Source: Alphaproteobacteria bacterium (GTDB taxonomy: Bacteria > Pseudomonadota > Alphaproteobacteria > MPNO01 > UBA830). Taken from it: 64,000 bases of DNA. The notes below the pieces were generated by a model. It saw only the letters and a program-made list of their open reading frames with translations, was not told the origin of the DNA and ran no database searches. The stretch spans positions 5,536,001-5,600,000 of the forward strand of contig OZ251539.1 in the NCBI GenBank assembly GCA_965243135.1, read 5' to 3'. The translations under genes were made by a program, and so were the position numbers. This document shows positions 1-9,849 of this stretch, piece after piece (position 1 is the stretch's first letter; each line of letters begins with the position of its first letter).

Positions 1-284
1 AGGCGGTGAAGGGAAGACAGCCACGCGGCGGGACGGTCGCGAAGGGCGGGCAGGACGCCGGTCCATGCCGTCGCCGCCGCTGCGGCGAACGTCGCCGCGT
101 GCAGCGACAGGCGCGGCGCCGCCGCCTTCCTGCCGAACGCCGCGAGGGAGGCGGCGGCGAACGGGGCCAGCGCGGCGGCCGCCGCCGCGACGGAGGGATC
201 GCCCCGCAAGAGCCACGCGGCCCATCCGAGGCCGGCGAGGCCCGGCAAGGCGATCGCCGCGCGCGTCAGCGCCGGCCGGCGCAA
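1..284 (-). CDS. Partial hydrophobic membrane protein running off the window edge
   Basis: Open frame from TTG at 284 (LRRPALTRAAIALPGLAGLGWAAWLL...), with several Ala/Leu-rich segments. Overlaps the end of the 266..739 gene. Confidence 0.35.
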   Translation of the reverse strand, partial: MRRPALTRAAIALPGLAGLGWAAWLLRGDPSVAAAAAALAPFAAASLAAFGRKAAAPRLSLHAATFAAAAATAWTGVLPALRDRPAAWLSSLHR

Positions 285-739
285 TCGAGGATCCTGCGGC
301 GGGCCTCGGCGTTTTCCGCCTCCGGGATGCGGTTCCAGAGCGAATTGTGGCCGTTCGAGACGAGGGCGCCGTTGCGGAAGGCGTGGTCGACGAGTGCGCG
401 CACGGTTTCGTCGTCGCCGACCACGGGGTCGTGGAAGCCGGAGCGCGGGCCCGCTCGCACCACCGGCCCCAGCCGGAGGATCCGCCCGTCCGGCGCGCGG
501 ACCGCGGCCTGGACCGGCTTGCCGTCCGGGAAGCCGCCGAAGTACAGCCTCGCTTCGAGGTCGCCCGTCCGGCAGACCGCGGCGAGGCCGACGCGGGAGG
601 GCGGCAGCGGCGCGTCGAAGCCGACCGCGAGGGTGCGCCCGTCGTCGGCGTAGATCCTCATGGCGTCGGCCTCGGGCGTCGGGGTCTGCGCCGCGGCGGG
701 GGTCGCGGCGAGAAGGAGGGCGGCGAGGGTCCGGAGCAT
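266..739 (-). CDS. Secreted hypothetical protein downstream of dotA
   Basis: Signal peptide MLRTLAALLLAATPAAAQ, two Cys, protein-like composition. Starts 4 nt after the dotA stop. Confidence 0.7.
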   Translation of the reverse strand: MLRTLAALLLAATPAAAQTPTPEADAMRIYADDGRTLAVGFDAPLPPSRVGLAAVCRTGDLEARLYFGGFPDGKPVQAAVRAPDGRILRLGPVVRAGPRSGFHDPVVGDDETVRALVDHAFRNGALVSNGHNSLWNRIPEAENAEARRRILDCAGRR

Positions 740-742
740 TCC

Positions 743-2956
743 TCAGTTCCGCGGCCCGGCGCCGGCCCGGCGCAGCGACCCGACCCGGAGCCCGCCCAGC
801 CGGCCGACGCCGCCGGTGACGGCGCCCAGGAGGCGGTCGGCGCCGCCGTCCTCCCGGACCCGCCCGCCGATCCATTCCATGGCGGCGGCGGGCAGGCCGT
901 CGATCAGCTTGAACGAGGCGTTCAGGAGCGCCCACGCGGTCATGACGTAGATCGCCAGATACGCGAGGTAGCCGACGATGCCGAAGCCGTCCGAAGCGTT
1001 CGCGTCCCGGAGCTGGGGCTTCCAGACCTCGTTGAACAGCCCCATCGCGGCGAGGAACACGAAATATCCCGCGACCAGCCCGAGCAGCATCAGGGGCGGG
1101 CGGAGGATCAGGCCGGGCAGGAACAGCCAGCCCTGGCGGGTGGCGGGCAGGACGAAGCCGTCGCCGCGCGAGACGTGCGCGGCGAGGAAGACCGTGACGG
1201 CGAAGACCGCCGCGGCGACGTCGACGACCCAGGCGACCGTCCCGAACAGGAACCGCACGAAGGGGATCGCCGGAAGGACGTAGGCGAGGACGGCGCCGGC
1301 GACGAGGAGGATCGAGAGGATGGTGGAGACGAAGAAGTCCGCCACCTGCCAGCCGTGTCCGAACAGGTCGAGGCCGCGTCCGAGAAAGGGCACGGCCTGG
1401 AATCCCCCGGAGACGGTCGCGGCGGCGGCGAGGGCCGACAGCGCGGCCAGGGCGTTGCCGAGGATCTCGTGGCCGTACCCCGCGAGGTCGGCGACGGGGT
1501 TTCCGCTGTCCGGAATGGCCGCGTCGTCGATCGAGAGCCAGTCGAAGAACCCCCTGCCGACGCCGCCGTCGCCTCCGGAGGAGGGCAGGGCGCCGCCGCC
1601 GAAGACCACCGGCTTCCAGCCGCGGGTCTGGGCGAGGGCGACGGTGAGGGCTTGCACGGCCGCGGCGGCGGGCGGCGAGGCGCCCTCGAGGCTGCCGGAC
1701 GGCAGCGCCACGTCGGGGATGCCGTAGGCCGCGGCCTGGAAGCGGCCGGTCCGCCGGGCGAGCGTGTTGAAGAAGGCCGCTGCGGCGAGCCAGCCCCGGC
1801 GCTCCGCGTCCTCGGCGACGGCGCGTTCGAGGGCGTCGCGCTCGTCGCCGGCCGCCTTCCGGAGCCGGGCGTCGAGGACGCGGGCGTACCCGTCCGCGAT
1901 CCCTTCGAGAAAGGCGTCGAGGTCCGGAAGCGGATGCCCGTAGACCGGGCTTCCGGGGACGAAACGGTCGCCGAGGCGGGCCGCGCGCTCGCGCAGGACC
2001 GTCGTCCTGAGCCCTTCGAGAGCGGCGAGATGGGCGCGGGCCGCGTCGCCGCGCGGCCCTTCGGCGGGCGCGTACCCGTCCTGGTCGAGCATGTCGAAGC
2101 CGAACGCCGAGCTGCGGTCGACGCCCGGCTTGCGGGCGTGGACGCCGGCGTAGCGGACGGCGCCGCACATGTTTCCGGGGAGTCCGCGGCGGTCGCCGTC
2201 GTAACGCACGACGCGGGCGGTCCTTTCGTCCGCGGTTCGAACGACCACGCGCCGGGAGCGGGCGTTGGCGACGCGCAGGCAGACTTCGGCGATCAGCGCG
2301 CGGGATACGGCGGCGCGCCACGCCGCGGCCCGCGGGCGCGGCGCGACCGGCTTGCCGCCGCGCAGCGCGTCGGCGGAAAAGGGCGTCCACACCGCGGTCG
2401 CGAAGTCGCCGCCGAGATGGGCGAGGCCGACGACGACGTGCTGGCCGCCGTTCATGCCGCCGGGAAGGGGGGTCATCAGGGCGACGGCGAGGACGATCCG
2501 CAGGATCTCCCGGCCGCCGAGGCCGAGGCGGCCCTCGCGCGCCGTGTCGACCGTGCCGGCGACGACGTGCCAGATCAGGAGGAAGCCGGCGAGGACGAGG
2601 ACGGCGGCGTTGAAGGCGAAGAGCATGCCGCCCAGCGCGGAGCCGCGTTCCGTCCGCAGGTCCGCCAGGAAGGAGAGCAGCCTGCGGGTTCCGGCGTCCT
2701 CCTCCGCGAAGACGGCCGGCGTCTGGGCCCCCGCGGCGGCGGCGGCGAACGCCAGCAGCGCCGTCCCGAGAAGGACGATCGCGGCGCCGGACAGGGCGCG
2801 GGCGCGGAGTCCGCGGGCGAGCGGATTGCGCCATTCCGTCTTCGGCGCGGGGGCGAGCGCGCCGGCCAGCGCGCCGAGCCGCGCCGCCGACCTCCGGACG
2901 TCGCGCAGCGCGCGGCCGAACTCCGGCAGGAACAGGAGCCGCAGCAGCGCCCGCAT
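743..2956 (-). CDS. dotA: DotA/TraY family polytopic membrane protein
   Basis: FNAAVL...VAGTVDTAREGRLG, large periplasmic region with Cys (EVC...NMCG), GWLAAAAFF, LAYVLPAIPF, LILRPPLMLLG, LIDGLPAAAMEWIG. ATG 2956 overlaps the upstream stop. Confidence 0.9.
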   Translation of the reverse strand: MRALLRLLFLPEFGRALRDVRRSAARLGALAGALAPAPKTEWRNPLARGLRARALSGAAIVLLGTALLAFAAAAAGAQTPAVFAEEDAGTRRLLSFLADLRTERGSALGGMLFAFNAAVLVLAGFLLIWHVVAGTVDTAREGRLGLGGREILRIVLAVALMTPLPGGMNGGQHVVVGLAHLGGDFATAVWTPFSADALRGGKPVAPRPRAAAWRAAVSRALIAEVCLRVANARSRRVVVRTADERTARVVRYDGDRRGLPGNMCGAVRYAGVHARKPGVDRSSAFGFDMLDQDGYAPAEGPRGDAARAHLAALEGLRTTVLRERAARLGDRFVPGSPVYGHPLPDLDAFLEGIADGYARVLDARLRKAAGDERDALERAVAEDAERRGWLAAAAFFNTLARRTGRFQAAAYGIPDVALPSGSLEGASPPAAAAVQALTVALAQTRGWKPVVFGGGALPSSGGDGGVGRGFFDWLSIDDAAIPDSGNPVADLAGYGHEILGNALAALSALAAAATVSGGFQAVPFLGRGLDLFGHGWQVADFFVSTILSILLVAGAVLAYVLPAIPFVRFLFGTVAWVVDVAAAVFAVTVFLAAHVSRGDGFVLPATRQGWLFLPGLILRPPLMLLGLVAGYFVFLAAMGLFNEVWKPQLRDANASDGFGIVGYLAYLAIYVMTAWALLNASFKLIDGLPAAAMEWIGGRVREDGGADRLLGAVTGGVGRLGGLRVGSLRRAGAGPRN

Positions 2957-4107
2957 CAGTTCGCGGCGGCGGCGGGGTTGCCGAGCCCCGGCAACGCGCG
3001 CATCTCCTCGGCGCCGAGGGCGAGGCGGGCGGCGTCGATCGCTCCGCGGCGCTCGTCGAGGCGGAAGCGCTGCCAGTCCAGCTGCAGCTGGAGGCTCAGC
3101 GCGACCGCGATCTCGCGCAGCAGGTTCTCGGCGCCCATGGCCTGGAGCCCGACCGCCCACGCCGGATCCTCGAAGCGGCGGGCGGCCAGCAGTTCGAGGA
3201 GTTCGTAGCGGCTGACCGGCTTCGCCGGATCGCGCGCGCCGGGCGCGACCGCCTCGGCCCAGGCTCCGAGATCGGCGGCCGGCGCGCGCAGCGCCCGCAG
3301 CGCGGCGTAGTAGTCCGCCGCGAGCGCGGTCCGGGCGTCGGCCGAACGTCCCAGCAGAACGAGGCGCCGCTCCTCGGCCGTTTCCGCGGAGGAGAGCGGC
3401 GGCGGGTCGTGAACCACGGGCGACGCCAGGTTGCGCGCGAGTTCGACGGCGGCGCGAAGCTCGTCCTGCGACGCGATCGTCCTGCGGTCGAAAAGCGTTT
3501 CGCCGGCCTTCAGGTCGGCGGCGTGCAGGGCTTCGCTTCCCTTGCAGGCGGCGTCGCCGGCGCGGTCCGCGTTGCACCAGGCGGAGGTCACCGCGCCGAA
3601 CCGCGCGTCGGCGTCGGCGGCCGCGCCGGGAACCGCGGCCACGGCGCGGTCGTTGGCGATGCGCCCGGTCTCGACCCGGCCGGCGGACAGGCGGGCCGCC
3701 TCGGCGGCGGCGCGGGCGGAGCGCAGCCCGGCGGCGCCGGTCGCGACCGCGCAGGCGTTCGCCGAAGGCGCGCGGGCGCGCATGGCGCGGGTCTCCTCCA
3801 CTTCCCGGGCGGTCTGCGCCTGGAGCCGGGTCTGCGCCGACAGCGCCTGCGTCAGCGCCCTGGCCGATTGCGCCTGGTAGCCGGTCTGCTGGGCGGTCTG
3901 GAGCCGGAGCGCCTCGACCACCCGCTCCTCCATGACGTCGATGCGGGCGGCGATTCGCGAGATGACGCGCACCGCCTCCCTGCGGTCGTCGTCGGTCGGA
4001 TCGCAGCGATGCGCGCCGGCCGGCGCGGCGCGCAGCAGCAGGACGAGAAGCGCGAGGAACGCGGCCGCGGCGGCGGCCGCCGGAAGCAGAAGCCGCAGCC
4101 AGCTCAC
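2956..4107 (-). CDS. IcmX/TraW-like periplasmic T4BSS protein
   Basis: N-terminal hydrophobic segment and the C-terminal SRYELLELLAARRFEDPAWAVGL...ENLLREIA motif typical of TraW/IcmX. Lies directly upstream of dotA. GTG start at 4107. Confidence 0.65.
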   Translation of the reverse strand: MSWLRLLLPAAAAAAAFLALLVLLLRAAPAGAHRCDPTDDDRREAVRVISRIAARIDVMEERVVEALRLQTAQQTGYQAQSARALTQALSAQTRLQAQTAREVEETRAMRARAPSANACAVATGAAGLRSARAAAEAARLSAGRVETGRIANDRAVAAVPGAAADADARFGAVTSAWCNADRAGDAACKGSEALHAADLKAGETLFDRRTIASQDELRAAVELARNLASPVVHDPPPLSSAETAEERRLVLLGRSADARTALAADYYAALRALRAPAADLGAWAEAVAPGARDPAKPVSRYELLELLAARRFEDPAWAVGLQAMGAENLLREIAVALSLQLQLDWQRFRLDERRGAIDAARLALGAEEMRALPGLGNPAAAAN

Positions 4108-4562
4108 CGCCCGCCTCCGATCAGGCTGCGGAAGCGGTCGCCGCTCCCCGGCGGCGGGCGCGGCGCCGGGGCGTCGGCCGGCGCGGGCCGCAGCCCGGGA
4201 AGCCGGGGCGCCGCGTAGACGCCGGGGTCGAGCGTCCGCCCGAGATAGCGGCCGTAGGCCCGCCGCGCGGCGTCGCAGACCTTCCGCCGGAGAAGGCCGA
4301 GCGGGCGGCCGGGATCGTGGAACACGTGGAACCTCCGGTAGTCGAACAAGTCTCCCGCGCACGTGAAATCGAGGATGCTCTCGGGATTGCGGATCCCCTG
4401 CGCCGGATGGCGAACGATCGCCGCGTCGCGCTCGACGCCCCGCTTCGCGGCGGCGGCGATCGCGTCCGCGACCTGCGGGTCGCACGCCGGGTCGGCCGCC
4501 GCGGCCGCCGGGAACAGCAGCGCGGCCGCCGCCAGCGCGGCGAGTTCGGCGGGGAATTTCAT
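4104..4562 (-). CDS. Secreted Cys-containing hypothetical protein (T4BSS-associated, TraV position)
   Basis: Signal peptide, ACDP...ILDFTC...VCDA. Lies between icmB and icmX-like genes. Confidence 0.65.
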   Translation of the reverse strand: MKFPAELAALAAAALLFPAAAAADPACDPQVADAIAAAAKRGVERDAAIVRHPAQGIRNPESILDFTCAGDLFDYRRFHVFHDPGRPLGLLRRKVCDAARRAYGRYLGRTLDPGVYAAPRLPGLRPAPADAPAPRPPPGSGDRFRSLIGGGR

Positions 4563-4881
4563 CGTCCGGCGGCGCCGAGCGTTCGCGGGTTTCCCTCCCG
4601 GCCGCCGGCGACGGTTTCCCCGCGCCCGTTCCCGTCCTGCCCGTACCGCCCCCCGGCGGTCGCGGGCCTGCCTTTCGCGACGGCGCGCTCCGCCGTCCCG
4701 GCCCGGCCGCCGCGGGCGTCGGCGCGGCGGCCTCTCCGCGTCCCGGGCGTCCCGGGCGTCGCGGCGGCCGCGCCGCGCGACGGAAAACCGGGCGGCGCGG
4801 ACTCCCGGGGACGGCGCCCCGGATCGCCGTCGACCGGTCCGGAAAGAAAGCTCTCGTTGACGTCCGGCATGATGATTCTCC

Positions 4882-7794
4882 CTATTGCGCGGCGAGTTCG
4901 CCCGCGAGGCGGTCGAGGACGGCGGTCTCCGCGGCGCCGCGCCGGAGTTCGGCGTCGACGGCGTCGCGGGCGGTCCCTTCGGGAAAGCGGCGGGCGAGCG
5001 CGGCGCGGGCCTGCGCGGGCGGCATGCGGCGGTACAGGCGGTCGCGCAGCGCGGCGTCGCGCGGGCTCGTGGTCAGCGCCCACAGCTCGATCGGTCCGGG
5101 CGCGTTGACGACGATGCGCTCGGCGCGCGGGTCGGCGGAGACGAGCAGCGCCGGGGCGCCGCCGCGGCCCGGCCCGGTCAGGCGGAAGGAGACGGCGTCG
5201 GCGGCGGTTTCGTTGAGATCGAAAACCTTCGACAACGCCTCGATCTCGCCGCGCTTGCCGCCGGCCCCGAGGATCCAGAAGCGGGTGGCGAGTTCGACCA
5301 GCGCCTCCCCGAAGTCCTCGATCCGTTGCGAGGCGAGGCACAGGCGGACGCGGAGCTTGCGCGCCTCGCGGACGTCGCGCTCGACCTGGGCGCGGGCGGC
5401 GGGCGACGCGGCGGTGCGGTGGAACTCGTCGTAGGCGAGGCGCTTCGGCGTCTCGCGCAGGTCGCGGAGGCGTTCGGCGTGGAAGGCGCGGCAGCGTTCG
5501 GGGATTTCGCCGAGGTTCTCGTCGTCGAGCCACCAGCTCCGGGTCAGGGCGTGGCGGGCGAGAAGGTACATGACGGCGGTCTGGCGGTCGGCTTCCGGCG
5601 AACCGCGGGGCGCGACCTCGCGGAGGTCGACGGCGGCGACCCGCGCCTGTCCGGCGTCGAAGGCGGTCGGGTGGCACATGACGGGCCAGTCGCCGGTCAA
5701 CGCGGTGACGATGCGGAGGAAGGCGGCGGTGACGGTCTCGCCGCCGTGGCCGTGGCGGGCGTCGCCGACGAGGCCCTGGACGGCGGGCTGCCGGACGGCC
5801 GAGAGAAGATCCGCCATGACCGGGACGGCGCGGCGCTGCGCGCGCTCCGCCGCCTCGAAGGCGCCGGCCGCGAACAGCGCGTCGACCGCGTCCCACCAGA
5901 GCGGACGTTCCGGCAGGTGGCAGGCGTACCGATCGAGGGCGGCGTCGGTCTCGGGATCGATGCCCGCGGCGTAGGCGTGCGGCTCGGCGCCGGGGACGCC
6001 GTCGGAGCGCATGGCGTAGGCCGCGGCGACGGTCGGTCCGATCAGTTCGCGCAGGCCGTCCGGCACGCCGGGCGCGCCGGCCGGCGTCAGGATCAGGCCG
6101 AGCAGGTTCGAGAGGAAGGCTCGTTCGGGCGGCAGGGGAAGCCGGCACCCGAGCTGGGTGTCGAAGGGGTTTATCGCGCAGTCGCGGCTCATGCGCAGGC
6201 GGAACCATCCGGCCTCGCGGCGGCGGTCCTCCGGCAGCGCCTCGCGGAGCAGCGAGATCAGGCCGGACGACGAGGGGCCGACGTCGACGACGGCGGCGAG
6301 CGGCAGGCGGTCGTGCCCCGACTGGAGGGCGTGCGCGAGCGTGAGCGAGTTCATGAGGACGCTCTTGCCCCTGCCGGGGATGCCGTAGATCAGCTCGAAG
6401 CCGTAGTCCTCGCCCTCCTCGTAGCTGAAAGGCAGGAGCTTGCCGTCCGGCGAGCGGAACAGGTGGTTGGCGGCTTCGAGGCGGGCGGGCGGCGCGGGCC
6501 TGCCGACGGGCAGCAGCCGCAACGCCTCGGATAGCGGCGCCGCGGCGGAGGGCGCGGTCGCGCCGCAGGCGAAGCCGGGAACCGAGGCGGCGAAGGCTTC
6601 GAGCGGGTCGCCGGCCAGCGGCGAGAAGGAGGTCTCGCCCCAGCCCTCGGCGATCTGCTGGAGCCGGGCGGCGCGTTGCCGAAGGACGTCCGGCTCCTCG
6701 CCGGTCCAGGCGAGCAGGCCGAGGCGCAAGCGGACGATCGCGGCGGCGTCGGCGCGCAGCGCGTGGAGTCCGGTCATGGCGTTGCGGACGGCGGCGCTGT
6801 CGTCGCTGCCGAAGGCGAGGAAGGATGAGGCGAGGCGGGCGGCGGCGGGGCGCGGGCCGGCGAGGCCGCCGCCCTCGATCAGGACGGAGAAGCGGAAGGG
6901 CAGCCCGGCCTCCGCGGCGCGGTCCATCAGTTCCGAGAAGGGCCGCGCCCGGCGCGGCCCGAGGGTCATGTCGACGGGCGCGTAGAGCCGGGATCCGACG
7001 CGCAGCGCGGATCCCTCGCGGGCGGGGTCGCGGACCAGCAGCTGCGGCGCCAGCGGCGGCGGGTAGCCGCCCCCGGCGTCGGCCGGCGTGACGGGCCGCC
7101 AGTCCGGGGCGGTCGAGTCCGGGCCGTTGAGCAGGATGCGCATCGCGCGGACGGCCGCGCCGCCGCCGAGGCGTTCCGCCGCGATGCCGGCGTCGGCGAG
7201 CAGCGCCGCGAACGCGCCGCAGAACGCGTCGTGGCGCGGCGCGAGGCCGTCCCAGGCCGCGTCCGGGCACTGGCTTTCCGAGACGCCGGGAAGCCAGTCC
7301 TTCAGCCGCGCCGCGGCGCCGCGGCGCTCGCGCTTCTGCTGCGCCGGGGCCAGGGCGGAGGGGCGGGTCCAGCAGGCGGCGAGCGCGGTCTCGGCCGCCA
7401 GCAGCGGCGCGAGGCGGCGGTTGCGCTCGGCGATCAGGTCGTCGAGGTCGAGGCCGAGCCGCGCGGCCTGGCGGCGCAGGCGGTCGCCGGCCGCGGCGAC
7501 CGCGAGGCCGGCCTCGTCGGGGGCGCGCTCGAGGACGACGTGCAGCGCGTGGCCGCGCTCCAGGAAGCGCGAGGTCAGGGCGCGGGTCCCGGCTTCGACG
7601 AAGCGGTCGAGTTCGGCCGCGCCGGTCATGGCGCGGGCGCCGTCGACGCGGAACAGGGTGCAGAGAGACGCGTCGCGGCCGAGCAGGACGCCGCCGGGCA
7701 GGACGCAGGCGGGCAGCATGAACGCCTCCAGCGGCTTGCGCCGCGCCGTCCAGAGCAGGCGCTGCGCGTCTTCGACGGCCGCCAGCAGCGGCAT
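4882..7794 (-). CDS. icmB: IcmB/DotO/TraU ATPase (VirB4-like)
   Basis: 970 aa. LFRSPDGKLLPF, Walker A GIPGRGKS, VDVGPSSSGLISLL, INPFDTQLGCR, Walker B LAYDEFHR, REARK, PGPIELWALTT. Confidence 0.93.
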   Translation of the reverse strand: MPLLAAVEDAQRLLWTARRKPLEAFMLPACVLPGGVLLGRDASLCTLFRVDGARAMTGAAELDRFVEAGTRALTSRFLERGHALHVVLERAPDEAGLAVAAAGDRLRRQAARLGLDLDDLIAERNRRLAPLLAAETALAACWTRPSALAPAQQKRERRGAAARLKDWLPGVSESQCPDAAWDGLAPRHDAFCGAFAALLADAGIAAERLGGGAAVRAMRILLNGPDSTAPDWRPVTPADAGGGYPPPLAPQLLVRDPAREGSALRVGSRLYAPVDMTLGPRRARPFSELMDRAAEAGLPFRFSVLIEGGGLAGPRPAAARLASSFLAFGSDDSAAVRNAMTGLHALRADAAAIVRLRLGLLAWTGEEPDVLRQRAARLQQIAEGWGETSFSPLAGDPLEAFAASVPGFACGATAPSAAAPLSEALRLLPVGRPAPPARLEAANHLFRSPDGKLLPFSYEEGEDYGFELIYGIPGRGKSVLMNSLTLAHALQSGHDRLPLAAVVDVGPSSSGLISLLREALPEDRRREAGWFRLRMSRDCAINPFDTQLGCRLPLPPERAFLSNLLGLILTPAGAPGVPDGLRELIGPTVAAAYAMRSDGVPGAEPHAYAAGIDPETDAALDRYACHLPERPLWWDAVDALFAAGAFEAAERAQRRAVPVMADLLSAVRQPAVQGLVGDARHGHGGETVTAAFLRIVTALTGDWPVMCHPTAFDAGQARVAAVDLREVAPRGSPEADRQTAVMYLLARHALTRSWWLDDENLGEIPERCRAFHAERLRDLRETPKRLAYDEFHRTAASPAARAQVERDVREARKLRVRLCLASQRIEDFGEALVELATRFWILGAGGKRGEIEALSKVFDLNETAADAVSFRLTGPGRGGAPALLVSADPRAERIVVNAPGPIELWALTTSPRDAALRDRLYRRMPPAQARAALARRFPEGTARDAVDAELRRGAAETAVLDRLAGELAAQ

Positions 7795-8147
7795 CAGTTG
7801 AGCTTCGGGCGGGCGACGCCGGTCCCGGGATCGAGGTCGAAGGTGCCGAGGATGGCGTCGATCACCGCCGGGGCGGCGATCAGCGCGGCGCCGACGACGA
7901 GGGCGATCACCCCGGCCCCGACGGTGGCGGCCTGCGGTTGCTCGAAATGCTTCTTGATCTTCAGGAGTCCGAAGCCGACGATGGCGGCGCCGAGAATCCA
8001 GAACACTCCGGACATGAGGGCGGCGACGCCCTCCACCGATTCTTCGGCTTCCGCCGCCAGCTCGCCGAGGGTTTTCGCGGCGGCGGCGGCGAAAGCGCCG
8101 TGCGCGGCGAGGACGGCGAAGGCGAGCCGTTTCAGGATCTTTTTCAA
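7794..8147 (-). CDS. IcmD/DotP-like (TraR-like) small membrane protein
   Basis: TTG start after an AAGGAAAG RBS. Signal-like N-terminus, two TM helices, GLLKIKKHFEQPQ motif. Confidence 0.7.
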   Translation of the reverse strand: MKKILKRLAFAVLAAHGAFAAAAAKTLGELAAEAEESVEGVAALMSGVFWILGAAIVGFGLLKIKKHFEQPQAATVGAGVIALVVGAALIAAPAVIDAILGTFDLDPGTGVARPKLN

Positions 8148-8164
8148 GGCTGTCTTTCCTTTCT

Positions 8165-8743
8165 TCAGTGGACGTGCAGAACCTGGATTCCCAGGGTGGA
8201 CTGGACGGCGTCGACGAACGCGGCCATGTGCCACGCGAGGACGCCGCCCAGCATGTGCGTCGCGGCCCGGCCGGCGGTGGCGCCGGCCCGCCCGTCGGCG
8301 GCGGCCCGCAGCAGGAAGACGCCGCGCAGGAAGGCGAACAGGCCGATCCACGACACGATCAGGAACGCCGCGGCGATCGCCTCGCTCCAGCGGCCGTCCC
8401 GGGCGTCCGCGTAGGCGAGCGCGGCGGAGAGCGGCGGCGCGGGGCCGAACAGGGTCTCGCCGGCCGCCGCGATCCAGGACGGGAAGGCGGCGAGGACGGC
8501 GCAGATCAGGAAGCACAGGGCGGTGCCGGCGAGGGACGGAGCCCGGAACCTGTCCTCGGAGGTTCTGAGCAGGCGCAGCAGGCCCTGCCCGAAGGCGAAA
8601 AACGCGAGCAGCCAGCAGACGCCGGCGACCAGCCCCGACAGGCCGGCGTCGAGGTCGCGGGCGAGCGCGGCCAGGACGTCGCCTTGCGCGGCGGCGGGGA
8701 CGGGCGCGGCGAGCGCCGCGAGGAAGGCGAAGCGGCGGGTCAT
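8165..8743 (-). CDS. IcmC/DotE/TraQ-like membrane protein
   Basis: Four hydrophobic segments, IGLFAFLRGVFLL and ATHMLGGVLAWH motifs. Lies between icmE and icmD-like genes. Confidence 0.7.
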   Translation of the reverse strand: MTRRFAFLAALAAPVPAAAQGDVLAALARDLDAGLSGLVAGVCWLLAFFAFGQGLLRLLRTSEDRFRAPSLAGTALCFLICAVLAAFPSWIAAAGETLFGPAPPLSAALAYADARDGRWSEAIAAAFLIVSWIGLFAFLRGVFLLRAAADGRAGATAGRAATHMLGGVLAWHMAAFVDAVQSTLGIQVLHVH

Positions 8744-9849
8744 CGCCGTTCTCCCGGCCCGGCGGCGCGAACGGCGCGCGGAGGGCCGTCGGACAACGCC
8801 GGGACGGGTCGCCGGGAAATTCCGGCAAGGGCGGACGCCGGCGGCGCCGCGAACATCACGGCGAGCTCGGTATTGCGCGGGATGCGGACCGTCGGCCGCT
8901 TCGGCGCGTCCTCCAGCAGGATGTCGCCGACCGAGCGCGCGGACCGCCCCAGCCCGGCGTACAGGTCGTCGCGGGCGGTCGCGGCGCTGCGCACCGCGAC
9001 GACGTCGCCGCCCGGCAGGCGGACGGTCTCGTCCGGACGCGAGCGGGAGTCGAGGAAGCCCTCCGCGAAGCGGAAGGCGGCGGGAAGCAGCACCCGCGAG
9101 ATCCAGTGGCGGTCGCGCTCGGCGTCGACGCCGAAGCAGGCGCAGTCGAGGCCGACCGCCCAGGCGTCGACCGGAAACCGCGCGCCGCGGAAGGACAGGC
9201 TCGTCAGGCGCAGCGTCATGCGGTCGCGGACGGTCTCGAAGCCGCCGGTCGCGACCGCGCCGGCGAGCGGCGGCTCGAGGATCTCGAGCACCACCGGGCC
9301 GGGGTAGTCCGAGTTCACCTCGTACGTCGCGCGGGCGTAGAACGACCGTCCGGGGCGGATGCCGGGAAGCCGCGGCGCGGGCCGGGCCTCGTCGGCGGGC
9401 GGGTCCGGCGGCTCCGCCGCCGGCTGCGGCGGCGGGTAACGCAGCCGGGCGAAGGCCGGAGGCGCGTTCCAGATTTCGAGAAGGGCGGCGACGAGCTCCG
9501 GCAGCGCTCCCGTTTCCGCCGCCTCCCGGACCGTCTCGTAGGGCGGATCCGGCGGGTCCGGTTCCGCCGCCGGAGGAGGAGGCGGCTTCGCGGCAAAACG
9601 CGCCGGCGGCTCGGGCGGCGGCGCGGCGCCGCCCTGCATCCGCTCGATGAACGACGCGCCCTCGCTCTCGGCGCGGTCGCGCCGTTGCCGGTCGCGCTGC
9701 CGCAGGGTCTCGCCGTAGGCCTGCCGCACCTCCTCGGTCGGATCGAGCCTCGGCGCGGCGTTGTCCGGCAGGGTCTGCGCGGCGCCCGGACCGCCGAGAA
9801 CGAGGAGGACGGCGGCGGCGGGAAGCCCGAAGGACGCGTCAGTCCGCAT
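8740..9849 (-). CDS. icmE: IcmE/DotG/TraO (VirB10-like) core protein, short form
   Basis: Pro-rich stalk, then a TrbI-like C-terminal domain (FYARATYEVNSDYPGPV...DRHWISRVLLPAAFRFAEGF...PTVRIP..ELAVMF). Confidence 0.85.
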   Translation of the reverse strand: MRTDASFGLPAAAVLLVLGGPGAAQTLPDNAAPRLDPTEEVRQAYGETLRQRDRQRRDRAESEGASFIERMQGGAAPPPEPPARFAAKPPPPPAAEPDPPDPPYETVREAAETGALPELVAALLEIWNAPPAFARLRYPPPQPAAEPPDPPADEARPAPRLPGIRPGRSFYARATYEVNSDYPGPVVLEILEPPLAGAVATGGFETVRDRMTLRLTSLSFRGARFPVDAWAVGLDCACFGVDAERDRHWISRVLLPAAFRFAEGFLDSRSRPDETVRLPGGDVVAVRSAATARDDLYAGLGRSARSVGDILLEDAPKRPTVRIPRNTELAVMFAAPPASALAGISRRPVPALSDGPPRAVRAAGPGERR

